This document shows positions 34,201 to 41,374 of a stretch of DNA of 64,000 bases, piece after piece. Position 1 is the stretch's first letter; the number at the start of each line of letters is the position of its first letter. The DNA comes from Bacteroidia bacterium (GTDB taxonomy: Bacteria > Bacteroidota > Bacteroidia > UKL13-3): the NCBI GenBank assembly GCA_020049855.1, contig JAGVLJ010000027.1, forward strand, positions 7,884 to 71,883, given 5' to 3'. The position numbers and the translations under genes are program-made. The notes below the pieces were generated by a model that worked only from the letters and a program-made list of their open reading frames with translations, did no database searches and was not told the origin of the DNA.

Positions 34201-34458
34201 ATTCCTAACGTGTTTACTCCTGATGGCGATGGAATCAATGATTTCTTTCAACCTGATTATTGGGGGTACATATCAATAAAGGGAGAGATATACAACCGCT
34301 GGGGGCAAAGGGTATATGATTGGAAAGGTGATGATTGGTGGGATGGAAATTCAAAATTGAACGAAGCTGCATCTGGTGAATACTATTATTTTATTTATTG
34401 CGAAGGGCGAAGGGGAAGAAAAGATATGTTTAAAGGAAGTGTTACACTTATCAGGTAA
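31258..34458 (+). CDS. large secreted adhesin-like protein with repeated Ig/PKD-like modules and a gliding-motility-associated (T9SS type B) C-terminal domain
   Basis: 1066 aa. Signal peptide, internal repeats, a PKD domain (NWTFGDGIGKS...GKYIVKLIVEN) and C-terminal IPNVFTPDGDGINDFF...GEYYYFIY, the type-B sorting-domain signature. Confidence 0.85.
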   Translation: MRLLKIASLLTVFFCSPLVYASHILGGSMSYTYVSENASTQTYKVRLVLYRDKSSATQFDNPITIGVHKNDASKAYVSDYQVNWISKKDVTPPSGGSGCSFTPNIGIEQAIYEVNITVPKPSTTGYIVTWVRCCRTSGQVNIADLMGATYSTFIPNSTYRNNSPSFVGIPAPYICANDLAQVANAATDTDGDSLVYSIVRPYTGASSGSPDPYNSIGVPPTLSYPFNGVTYNTGFNAAQPFGVTGVANINAATGLCDFKAPSAGNYSVAIEVKEYRNGVYLGAVRRDVILLVLNCPPNPPANLSGANGSGNTNPTVIAGETTCFPITFTDNQDSVYITSFGDILDGTGGYTGPKAILRDTAGFLTATSQFCWTPACSSVRAAPYIITVQARDNGCPPKVSTINYSVKVDPFVGANSITGNKFICAPINNEPYAITPRVGSTYFWIVTGGTIASGQNTSAIRVNWPSTSTIGTVTVVETNAKGCVGINNTITVTVEAKPLAKTMSGDIIPCTGDVGSTYSIPSGPNGTIYFWGITGGVITAGNNTAQVNVNWGSSGTGQLYVVEKSAAGCIGDTTYLSITIRPKPITNAGLDLKSCDPGAPVQLNASGAVIYTWNADPTLSSATLPNPFASPVVTTKYIVAGSLVIGGCITYDTVVVNVYSRPLPVSITGDQQPCEKTNGVNYKVTPVVGSTYKWFVEGGVISGTTIGSTVIVNWGGKGNGRVMLIETNSAGCAGDTVFYPITIREVPVVDAGIDTVICEGQSVQMEASGAVIFRWNTSLALSDSNIANPISSPLKSIRYYVTGLLVSGGCPASDSVDITVLNRPLLNIGEGDTICEGTTVELKVLVGTNFRWNTGDTAKSIFVTPAITSNYWVLVQNQKCIFDTLKAFVVVYPKPRALFTPSDTSKIEPLTVIFTNMSTGATKYNWTFGDGIGKSTDFSPTYTYEFPGKYIVKLIVENTLGCKDSLIFDNIHVIEQLYYIRIPNVFTPDGDGINDFFQPDYWGYISIKGEIYNRWGQRVYDWKGDDWWDGNSKLNEAASGEYYYFIYCEGRRGRKDMFKGSVTLIR
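32506..33942 (+). repeat. intragenic protein-level tandem modules (two alternating repeat types, three copies each)
   Basis: Type 1 (about 80 aa) at 32506-32751, 32764-33009 and 33256-33498 shares ITG..PC....Y...P..GSTY.W.v.GG.I......v.VNW.....G.v.v.E.n..GC.G. Type 2 (about 70 aa) copies each begin AG.D..iCeG and end v.v...P. Confidence 0.6.
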
Positions 34459-34515
34459 TATTTTCTTTTATCTCTGATTTAGCTATTTTCGCCCACTAAT
34501 TGCATTTTAAAATTT

Positions 34516-35076
34516 ATGGCAACTACTGCTGATCTTTCAAACGGAGCGTTTATACGCCACAATGGTGAATTATGTCAGGTATTAGAATACATTCATCGTA
34601 CTCCAGGAAACTTAAGAGCATTCTATCAGGTAAAACTTAGAAATGTTAAATCGGGTAAACAAATGGAACACCGTTATCGTGCAGGTGAGGATATAGAGTT
34701 TGTTCGGGTTGAGTTTAAAGAAATGCAATATTTGTATAAGGATGGTACAAGTTTGGTGATGATGGATTTGGAAACTTTTGACCAGGTTTACATTGACGAA
34801 ACACTACTTGGTGATGCGGCCAAACTGATGAAAGAGGAGATGATTGTAAAAGTGGCTTTTGAAGGAGATACAGCCATTACTGCTGAGCCTCCCACTTTTG
34901 TGATTATGGAAATTACATATACCGAGCCTGGGGTAAGAGGAGATACAGCTACTAACACGTTGAAACCTGCCACTACCGAAACTGGTGCCGAAATTATGGT
35001 ACCTCTTTTTTGTAATGCAGGAGAAAAAGTTAAAATTGACACCCGAACTGGTCAGTATGTTGAACGGGTTAAATAA
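34516..35076 (+). CDS. efp: translation elongation factor P
   Basis: 186 aa with a typical EF-P N-terminus (TADLSNGAFIRHNGELCQVLEYIHRTPGN) and C-terminal OB domains. Confidence 0.95.
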   Translation: MATTADLSNGAFIRHNGELCQVLEYIHRTPGNLRAFYQVKLRNVKSGKQMEHRYRAGEDIEFVRVEFKEMQYLYKDGTSLVMMDLETFDQVYIDETLLGDAAKLMKEEMIVKVAFEGDTAITAEPPTFVIMEITYTEPGVRGDTATNTLKPATTETGAEIMVPLFCNAGEKVKIDTRTGQYVERVK

Positions 35077-35096
35077 ACCATCGAATTTTATGCTTA

Positions 35097-35124
35097 AAAG
35101 CCCAGCATTTGGCCGGGCTTTTTC
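35097..35124. terminator. intrinsic terminator between convergent efp and the OsmC gene
   Basis: aaagccc...gggcttttt hairpin with a T-run on the plus strand and an A-run on the other side. Confidence 0.55.
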
Positions 35125-35151
35125 CCTTACAAATGGAAATTGACTAGTTGT

Positions 35152-35571
35152 TCATCGGTAAATAATTTCAGAAGTAACCGGGCACACTTTTTTTAGCATT
35201 GCGCTTACTCCACAGTATTTATCAAGCGATAGATTCACTGCTTTCATCATTTTTTCCTGATCTGCCGAGTTCAGGCTAATCACGTACTTGATGTGAATAT
35301 GCGTGTACACTTTCGGATGTTCGTCACTTAAAGTCCCGTTTACTATAATAGTAAAATTACTATAAGGTACATGCATTTTATTCAATATGGAGACTACATC
35401 AATTCCTGTGCACCCTCCAAGTGCCGATAAAATGAGTGGCTTGGGAGTGGGGCCTTTATCGCTTCCCCCTCCGGCTTCATCTATATCAAGAATAATGGAA
35501 TGATTGTTTATTACTGATTCGAACGACATTCCATCGGTATAATGTGTTTGTACTACATGTGAAGTTTGCAT
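35152..35571 (-). CDS. OsmC family peroxiredoxin-like protein
   Basis: 139 aa. Two conserved Cys contexts (LGGCTGID and KYCGVSAML) typical of OsmC/Ohr-fold proteins. Confidence 0.85.
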   Translation of the reverse strand: MQTSHVVQTHYTDGMSFESVINNHSIILDIDEAGGGSDKGPTPKPLILSALGGCTGIDVVSILNKMHVPYSNFTIIVNGTLSDEHPKVYTHIHIKYVISLNSADQEKMMKAVNLSLDKYCGVSAMLKKVCPVTSEIIYR

Positions 35572-35577
35572 AGTGGG

Positions 35578-35883
35578 TTAATTACTGCTTATTTTACTCT
35601 GAATGGTTTTAATAAGCTGGTTTGTTGGAATTACACCGGATTGACGCCAAAGTATTCGACCCGCTTTGAACAAAATAAGCGTAGGGACTCCCTGAATTTG
35701 ATAGGCAGCTGCTGCCTTCGGATTTTTGTCCACATCTACTTTGATGATTCGAACTGTATCGCCCATGCTTTTGGCCGTATCTTCCAGAATAGGAGCCATC
35801 GTTTTGCAAGGGCCGCACCACTCGGCAGAGAAATCAACCAGTACGGGTATTTTATCATTAACCAATTCGTTAAATGAAGCCAT
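35578..35883 (-). CDS. trxA: thioredoxin
   Basis: 101 aa with the canonical WCGPCK active site. Confidence 0.9.
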   Translation of the reverse strand: MASFNELVNDKIPVLVDFSAEWCGPCKTMAPILEDTAKSMGDTVRIIKVDVDKNPKAAAAYQIQGVPTLILFKAGRILWRQSGVIPTNQLIKTIQSKISSN

Positions 35884-35885
35884 GA

Positions 35886-36092
35886 TTAGTTATCTTTTGT
35901 TTTTTCCTTTTTCACTAAACTAAATGCCATTCCACCCATAATAGCTCCGTAAGCCGTGCTAATATATGGGTTAGAAATTATCATACAAGAGCCATCAGAA
36001 CAACCAACAAATTTCCAATAAAAGAAACCTGCTGCTGCACCGGTAATTAACCCGATATAAACCCAAATGTTTCTATCTGTAATTTTTTTCAT
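35886..36092 (-). CDS. small two-TM membrane protein with a GCxxGxC motif
   Basis: 68 aa. Start is adjacent to the stop of the upstream gene and its stop is 2 nt from the trxA start. Motif is VGCSDGSC. Confidence 0.6.
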   Translation of the reverse strand: MKKITDRNIWVYIGLITGAAAGFFYWKFVGCSDGSCMIISNPYISTAYGAIMGGMAFSLVKKEKTKDN

Positions 36093-37481
36093 CTATACCT
36101 CCTCGGGAATTACCAGCATAAACCCGTGCTCTTTAATTTTGGTTATCCCGCCCTGTACATTAATGATATGCTTAAATCCATGTTTTTTTAAAATCGAAGC
36201 TGCCATCATAGAGCGGTATCCTCCGGCACAATGAATTAGGTAAGTTACCTCTTTATCTAGTAAACTAATATGACGTTCTAGCTTGGCTAGTGGTATTAAT
36301 TCAGCACCTGCAAGCACCCCGCTAGCCCATTCTGTTTTGTTGCGCACATCAATAATTTTATGGGTTCTTGTATTTAGTGAATGCTCCAGCATAGAAGCTT
36401 CGATACTGTTTATGGTATCAACTGTTTTTCCTGCGTTAGCCCAGGCCTCAAATCCACCTTCAAGGTATCCGTAAACATGCTCATAACCCACTCTGGCTAA
36501 CCGCAGAATAGCTTCTTTTTCTTTGCCGTTGTCGGATACAATAAGAATGGGAACCCCGTGATCAAGCAAAGAGCCTACCCACACTGCATATTGGCCGTCT
36601 AATCCGATATTGATAGAACCGGGAATAAATCCTTTTTCAAAAGTATTAGTATTTCGGGTATCCAGCACTATTGTTTCTTTGAGCATTTCGCTCTCAAACT
36701 GGGCAATGGAAAGGGCAACTGCATTACGCGACATCACCTCGTCAATATTGTCATATCCCTTTTTGTTGATTGCCGCATCAATGAAAAAATAGGTAGGAGG
36801 TTCTTCCAGTCCTGAGGTGACAGCGGCAACAAATTCATCTTTTGTCTGGCAGCATAATGCATAGTTTTGTTTACGTTGATGGCCAATGGTGCTGGTAGTT
36901 TCTTTTCCAATATTTTTTCCGCATGCCGACCCGGCTCCATGCCCAGGGTAAACAATAACATCATCGGGTAGCGGCATTAATTTCGCATGAATCGAATCAT
37001 ACAGCATGGCGGCTAAATCTTCTTTTGTCAGGTTTGATTTAACAGCTAAATCCGGACGGCCCACATCTCCAACAAAAAGCGTATCTCCGGTAAACACGGC
37101 ATAAGCTTTAGTGTTTTCATCTTGTAATAAAATACAGCTCGACTCAGTTGTATGTCCTGGCGTATGTAATAATTTAAGGGTAATATTTCCTAACGGGAAA
37201 TTCTCTTCATCTTTGGCAACGTATATGTTGTATGCGGCTATGGCTGTAGGGCCATAGATTATTTGAGCTCCAGTTTTTTTTGCCAGATCAATATGGCCTG
37301 ATACAAAGTCGGCATGAAAATGTGTCTCAAAAATGTATTTTATTCTCGTACCTCTTTGTTTGGCTAATTCTATATATGGGGTAGTTTCTCTTAGCGGATC
37401 TATGATGGCAGCTTCGCCATTTGATTCAATATAGTAGGCGGCTTCCGCAAGACAATTGGTGTAAAGTTGTTGAATATACAT
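36093..37481 (-). CDS. CstB-like persulfide dioxygenase (MBL fold) fused to two rhodanese domains
   Basis: 462 aa. ETHFHADFVSG, LHTPGHTTES and FTGDTLFVGDVGRPDL match the CstB/type-II PDO pattern as I recall it. The C-terminal rhodanese has the active-site loop HCAGGYRS. Confidence 0.88.
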   Translation of the reverse strand: MYIQQLYTNCLAEAAYYIESNGEAAIIDPLRETTPYIELAKQRGTRIKYIFETHFHADFVSGHIDLAKKTGAQIIYGPTAIAAYNIYVAKDEENFPLGNITLKLLHTPGHTTESSCILLQDENTKAYAVFTGDTLFVGDVGRPDLAVKSNLTKEDLAAMLYDSIHAKLMPLPDDVIVYPGHGAGSACGKNIGKETTSTIGHQRKQNYALCCQTKDEFVAAVTSGLEEPPTYFFIDAAINKKGYDNIDEVMSRNAVALSIAQFESEMLKETIVLDTRNTNTFEKGFIPGSINIGLDGQYAVWVGSLLDHGVPILIVSDNGKEKEAILRLARVGYEHVYGYLEGGFEAWANAGKTVDTINSIEASMLEHSLNTRTHKIIDVRNKTEWASGVLAGAELIPLAKLERHISLLDKEVTYLIHCAGGYRSMMAASILKKHGFKHIINVQGGITKIKEHGFMLVIPEEV

Positions 37482-37580
37482 AGGTTACCTAAATTAATTT
37501 ATTGTTCAAATTTTCTTATATTATTTAGTATCTTAAATATGATATATATCAATTAATTTTTTTGATTGTTATTAATATTT

Positions 37581-37604
37581 ATATATGAACATGTGTTCAT
37601 ATAT
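37581..37604. promoter_or_regulatory. ArsR/SmtB-type operator: perfect 11-2-11 inverted repeat ATATATGAACA-TG-TGTTCATATAT
   Basis: Seen directly in the sequence. Lies between the ArsR gene stop and the PDO-rhodanese start. The TGAACA/TGTTCA core matches the classic 12-2-12 SmtB/CzrA-type operators. Confidence 0.7.
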
Positions 37605-37617
37605 TGTGCCAAAAAAA

Positions 37618-37914
37618 TCAACTCATAAGGCAATCACATTTGTCAATACACTTGAGTACCTGTAACAGATTTTTTTCCTTCAGGCTATAAAGCATATTAT
37701 TCCCTGATTTAACCGAGGTTAAAAGTCCCTTTAGCTTCATATTAGATAGGTGGTGGGAAAGCAATGATTGCTCGCATCCGGTTAATTCTACCAATCCGCT
37801 TACTGACAATTGGTCGGTTTTCTGCAAACATTTAATAATTGCCAATCTTGTAGGGTGAGCAATGGTTTTAAGGATGAATGCCGCTTTCTCGAGCTTTTGT
37901 TGATTGAATACCAT
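37618..37914 (-). CDS. ArsR/SmtB family transcriptional repressor, Cys-rich (98 aa)
   Basis: wHTH signature HPTRLAIIKCL...LSVSGLVELTGCEQSLLSHHLSNMKLKGLL. C-terminal CIDKCDC cluster. Start chosen at Met MVFNQQ because an operator-like repeat lies immediately upstream and ArsR proteins are about 100 aa. Confidence 0.85.
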   Translation of the reverse strand: MVFNQQKLEKAAFILKTIAHPTRLAIIKCLQKTDQLSVSGLVELTGCEQSLLSHHLSNMKLKGLLTSVKSGNNMLYSLKEKNLLQVLKCIDKCDCLMS

Positions 37915-37928
37915 AAACCTTAATGCAA

Positions 37929-37952
37929 ATATATGAACATATTTGCATATAA
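37929..37952. promoter_or_regulatory. second, imperfect ArsR-type operator upstream of the ArsR gene (autoregulation candidate)
   Basis: ATATATGAACA-TA-TTTGCATATAA. The left half is identical to the 37581 site and the right half matches 8 of 11. It is embedded in the palindrome TGCAAATAT-N6-ATATTTGCA (37924-37947). Confidence 0.5.
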
Positions 37953-39150
37953 TTATATCTACGTGATTATGACCATTGCTAAGAGTAAACATTACTTTAT
38001 TGCCGTCATTTCGCCCAATCCTAATCTGACCTAGATTAACGAAATAAAAGAGGGTATGGTATTTAGATTTGCCAGCAGAAGCGTTCTTCAATTTCCGGAA
38101 TCCGTAACTTAAATTGTTTCGGTTGTGACGAAAATAACTTAGCGGATAAATTGCGATTATTTGCGTTGTAGTGATACCATTCTGGCTTAGGCTAAACGGA
38201 TTTTCAAGTTTTCCTACTCGCATATTTCCCATATTGTTATGTGGAAACTGAAGTAAGTGAATCACGTTGGCAAATGCACAGAGCTATAAGTGAGCCTTTA
38301 TTTAACGATCGCATTATTTTGTCAAAATGCTTTTTGCATTTGCCACCATATTGCCGTTGGATACATTGCATTTCCCCTTCCAATTTCAAAACGACCCGGA
38401 CTGATTTTGAAGCAGGAATATTGGCATGAAGCAACTATTTAAAGTTTGTTTTTATTTAAAATTTGATTTCTATTTTTGCCATTTGGATATAGTACAGGAG
38501 CATAAATTGAGAAAGAACAATTGACTTTGGAAGATAGCGATAATTGATATATTTTTTTAGATCAATGATACAAACTATTTCAAAAGATAGCTTTTTTTGC
38601 ATCAAAAATGGGAAAAGTCAGTTTAATGATTGAAAAATTGATATGGTTAATAATTGCGTGCAAATGTGCATGTGAGATGATAAAGATTCTTTCTGTTTCA
38701 GGTATGTTTCGACCCAAATATTCTACATATTTCTCAACCTAATTGCGTTATGGTAAATTGTTATTGTCCGATTAAGGGAGAAGATGGGTATTGTTTAAAT
38801 TCAAATAACAATTTTACGAAGGAGTGGATTGTTAAATTAGTTTATGAGAATACCCAGATTTATCGCCCACCTGTTACTTCAGCTACAAGCGATTAAATGA
38901 GACTTACTACTCAATTACTCCACTACATAGAAAAGATTTCAAAAATTTACTTACGGATTTTTTGCCGGGAAATAAAAAGCAAATACATACATGATTCTTT
39001 CGCGCACCACATATCATTACGCCTTCTGTTTCGCATCTTTAACTATTGCAGTTATGTATTCAAACGTCCGAGAAGAGCAAATTCTCTGGACTGTGTTTTT
39101 ATGATGAAGTTTGCAAATTATAAATATAAGCAACATTAATTTGTACATAA

Positions 39151-39654
39151 ATGAAATATAAAATAACTTATAAAAAAGGGGCTTCTATAATTGCGTTGTT
39201 AGTTTTTATAGTTTCAGGAATTTCTTCCTGTTCGCATTACGATGAAATTATTAAAAACCCTGTATTCAGCAGGCATGGAGATAGTGAAAGCCATTATCTT
39301 GGTAGAAATTGCATGGAGTGTCATAAATCGGGTGGACAAGCAGTAACTTTTTTTGACACACAGCAAATATGGAATATTGGGGGGAGCATCTTTAATTCTG
39401 ATGGAATTACTCCTAATTCAAATGGAACACTTTATTTGTATACCAAAGCAAATGGACAGGGAGTGTTGAAGTACGTTATTGAGGTCGATGCTAATGGGAA
39501 TTTTTATACAAATCAAATTATTGATTTTAGAGAGGCATTATTCCCCTATATACGAAGTGCACTTGGTACTTCGGCATATATGAGCACCTCCCTTACCACC
39601 GGAGCTTGCAACAGTTGCCATGGAGTAACCACAGCGCGTATCACTATTAACTAG
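39151..39654 (+). CDS. lipoprotein with two CxxCH haem-binding motifs flanking a beta-sandwich-like core
   Basis: 167 aa with lipobox GISSC. CMECH at 39310-39324 and CNSCH at 39607-39621. Confidence 0.65.
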   Translation: MKYKITYKKGASIIALLVFIVSGISSCSHYDEIIKNPVFSRHGDSESHYLGRNCMECHKSGGQAVTFFDTQQIWNIGGSIFNSDGITPNSNGTLYLYTKANGQGVLKYVIEVDANGNFYTNQIIDFREALFPYIRSALGTSAYMSTSLTTGACNSCHGVTTARITIN

Positions 39655-39667
39655 AAAATATTTTTGA

Positions 39668-40042
39668 ATGAAAATACTTAAAATACTATTGATTGCAGCT
39701 TGCTTTTCAGCGTTCAGTTCCTGTTATTACGATAAAGAAGAAGAATTGTATCCTAATTCTTTTGGGCGATGCGATACCACTAATTCAACTTATTCGGTAC
39801 GTGTCAGGAAAATACTTGATGCCAACTGTATGGGAAGTGCATGCCATGATGGAGCAACACCTTCGGGGTGGGATCTATCTACCTATGCCGGAGTATCGGC
39901 AGCAACTGTACGAGGTAATCTTACCGGTGCAATTAATCAGGTATCTGGCTTTTCAGCTATGCCTAAAAACAGACCAAAACTATCTGATTGTGACATCGCA
40001 ATTATTCAAAATTGGGTGAGCAACGGAGCCAAAAACAATTAA
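39668..40042 (+). CDS. lipoprotein with a Cx4CH motif (cytochrome-c-like domain candidate)
   Basis: 124 aa with lipobox AFSSC. Motif CMGSACH at 39827-39847 is followed by WDLSTYAGV. Confidence 0.6.
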   Translation: MKILKILLIAACFSAFSSCYYDKEEELYPNSFGRCDTTNSTYSVRVRKILDANCMGSACHDGATPSGWDLSTYAGVSAATVRGNLTGAINQVSGFSAMPKNRPKLSDCDIAIIQNWVSNGAKNN

Positions 40043-40050
40043 ACTTTGCA

Positions 40051-40938
40051 ATGAACATGCAGAAAATTATAACCATCCTTACTCTCGCTTTTTCCTTGCC
40101 TGTAATGGCGCAGGAAGATATGTTGGCCGAATTAGAGCAAAATAAAGCGAAGGAAGAACCCAAACTTGTGTATGCTACTTTCAAGTCTACCAGATTGGTT
40201 AGTGGCCATACTACTGAGCTTATTGCTAAAAAGCATCTTGACTTTCGAATTGCTCATCGTTTTGGCAATTTAAATTCTGGAGTTGAGGAGTTTTTTGGAT
40301 TAGATAGAGCTACCTTACGTCTTGGATTTGAATATGGGATCAACAATCATCTGATGGTGGCAGTTGGTCGTTCTACCGTAAATAAGACAATTGACAGCTA
40401 TATAAAATATAAAATACTTTCTCAGAAAGAAGGAGGGATGCCCATAACGCTTACTTATTTTGGTAGTGTAGCTGCCAAAACTGCAAAATGGACGGATCCT
40501 ACCCGAAACAATTACCTTACTTCACAGTTAAGTTATATCAATCAGTTACTTTTTGCCCGTAAAATAAACGACTTATTGTCGGTTCAACTAATGCCTACTC
40601 ATATTCATAAAAATTTGGTTACTTATACGAAAGATCCAAATGATATTTTTGCCCTCGGAGTTGGCGGAAGTATTAAAATTACTCGAAGTACACGCTTTAA
40701 TGTTGAGTACTACCCCTTGCTTAATGGAAATAGCGAAAATGTGTATGGTAATGTTTTTGCGTTCGGATTTGATATTGAAACCGGAGGACACGTTTTTCAG
40801 GTACATTTTACCAACAGCATTGGGCTGATAGAACAACAGTTTATTGCCGAAACTACCGGAAAGTGGAGCAAGGGAGATATCAGGTACGGGTTTAATATTT
40901 CGCGTACCTTTTCGTTTGATAAACGGGGAAAGAAATAA
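40051..40938 (+). CDS. secreted beta-barrel-like protein, hypothetical
   Basis: First ATG lies after the upstream stop. Signal peptide ends VMAQ, and the rest is strand-rich with alternating hydrophobic residues. Third gene of a compact cluster. Confidence 0.6.
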   Translation: MNMQKIITILTLAFSLPVMAQEDMLAELEQNKAKEEPKLVYATFKSTRLVSGHTTELIAKKHLDFRIAHRFGNLNSGVEEFFGLDRATLRLGFEYGINNHLMVAVGRSTVNKTIDSYIKYKILSQKEGGMPITLTYFGSVAAKTAKWTDPTRNNYLTSQLSYINQLLFARKINDLLSVQLMPTHIHKNLVTYTKDPNDIFALGVGGSIKITRSTRFNVEYYPLLNGNSENVYGNVFAFGFDIETGGHVFQVHFTNSIGLIEQQFIAETTGKWSKGDIRYGFNISRTFSFDKRGKK

Positions 40939-41064
40939 GTTTTCTTACATAACAGAAAAGTTGCAGGGATAATTATCAGGTAATAACAGTGCTTATGCCC
41001 TGCTATGTATTGGCCAATGCATATGTTTTGCTGCATTGCCCTTACTAATGGATATACCGGTTAA

Positions 41065-41370
41065 ACTGACCATCATTTTTACAGTGAAACAATCGGGGCG
41101 TTTTGGGACGAGGAGCGAAAACTGGTAGAGCAGGGATACTGCACAATAAATTTTCCTTTTACCGGGGTATCTGTGCCATCCTTAAGTATGGACGTGCATT
41201 GGGATATTGAACACGTGCATGGATACCTAACTTCATGGTCGGCAGTGCAACATTTCATAAAGGCCAATGGGTTTAATCCGGTTGATAAATTACTACCCAC
41301 ACTAAGGCCTTTATGGAAGGGAGTAATGCCGGTGCGTTTTCCATTGCATATCCGGGCCGGAAGGGTATAA
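41065..41370 (+). pseudogene. 3' remnant of a class I SAM-dependent methyltransferase gene
   Basis: The frame is open only from 41065 and reads ...FYSETIGAFWDEERKLVEQGYCTINFPF...HGYLTSWSAVQHF...VRFPLHIRAGRV. This resembles the C-terminal third of type-11 methyltransferases. No SAM-binding N-terminal part is present upstream. Confidence 0.5.
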
Positions 41371-41374
41371 TTTT

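Noticed and set aside
37915-38265. N-terminal 117 aa of ORF 37618-38265, which would make a 215-aa ArsR protein.
   Set aside because: ArsR/SmtB repressors are about 100 aa. The extension would be translated across an operator-like inverted repeat (37924-37952) and has no wHTH-related sequence. Met at 37914 gives a complete 98-aa wHTH protein.
38237-39139. Small ORFs 38237-38434(-), 38241-38429(+) and 38897-39139(+), plus a hand-found 48-aa ORF at 38750-38896, all in the AT-rich gap.
   Set aside because: The first two overlap each other completely on opposite strands. None has a recognisable motif, signal peptide or TAnnTTTG promoter. They are kept only as part of the gap observation, not as features.
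39693-40019. 108-aa alternative-frame ORF almost co-extensive with gene 39668-40042.
   Set aside because: The other frame has a lipobox signal peptide and the conserved Cys-His motif. This frame has no features and unusual composition.
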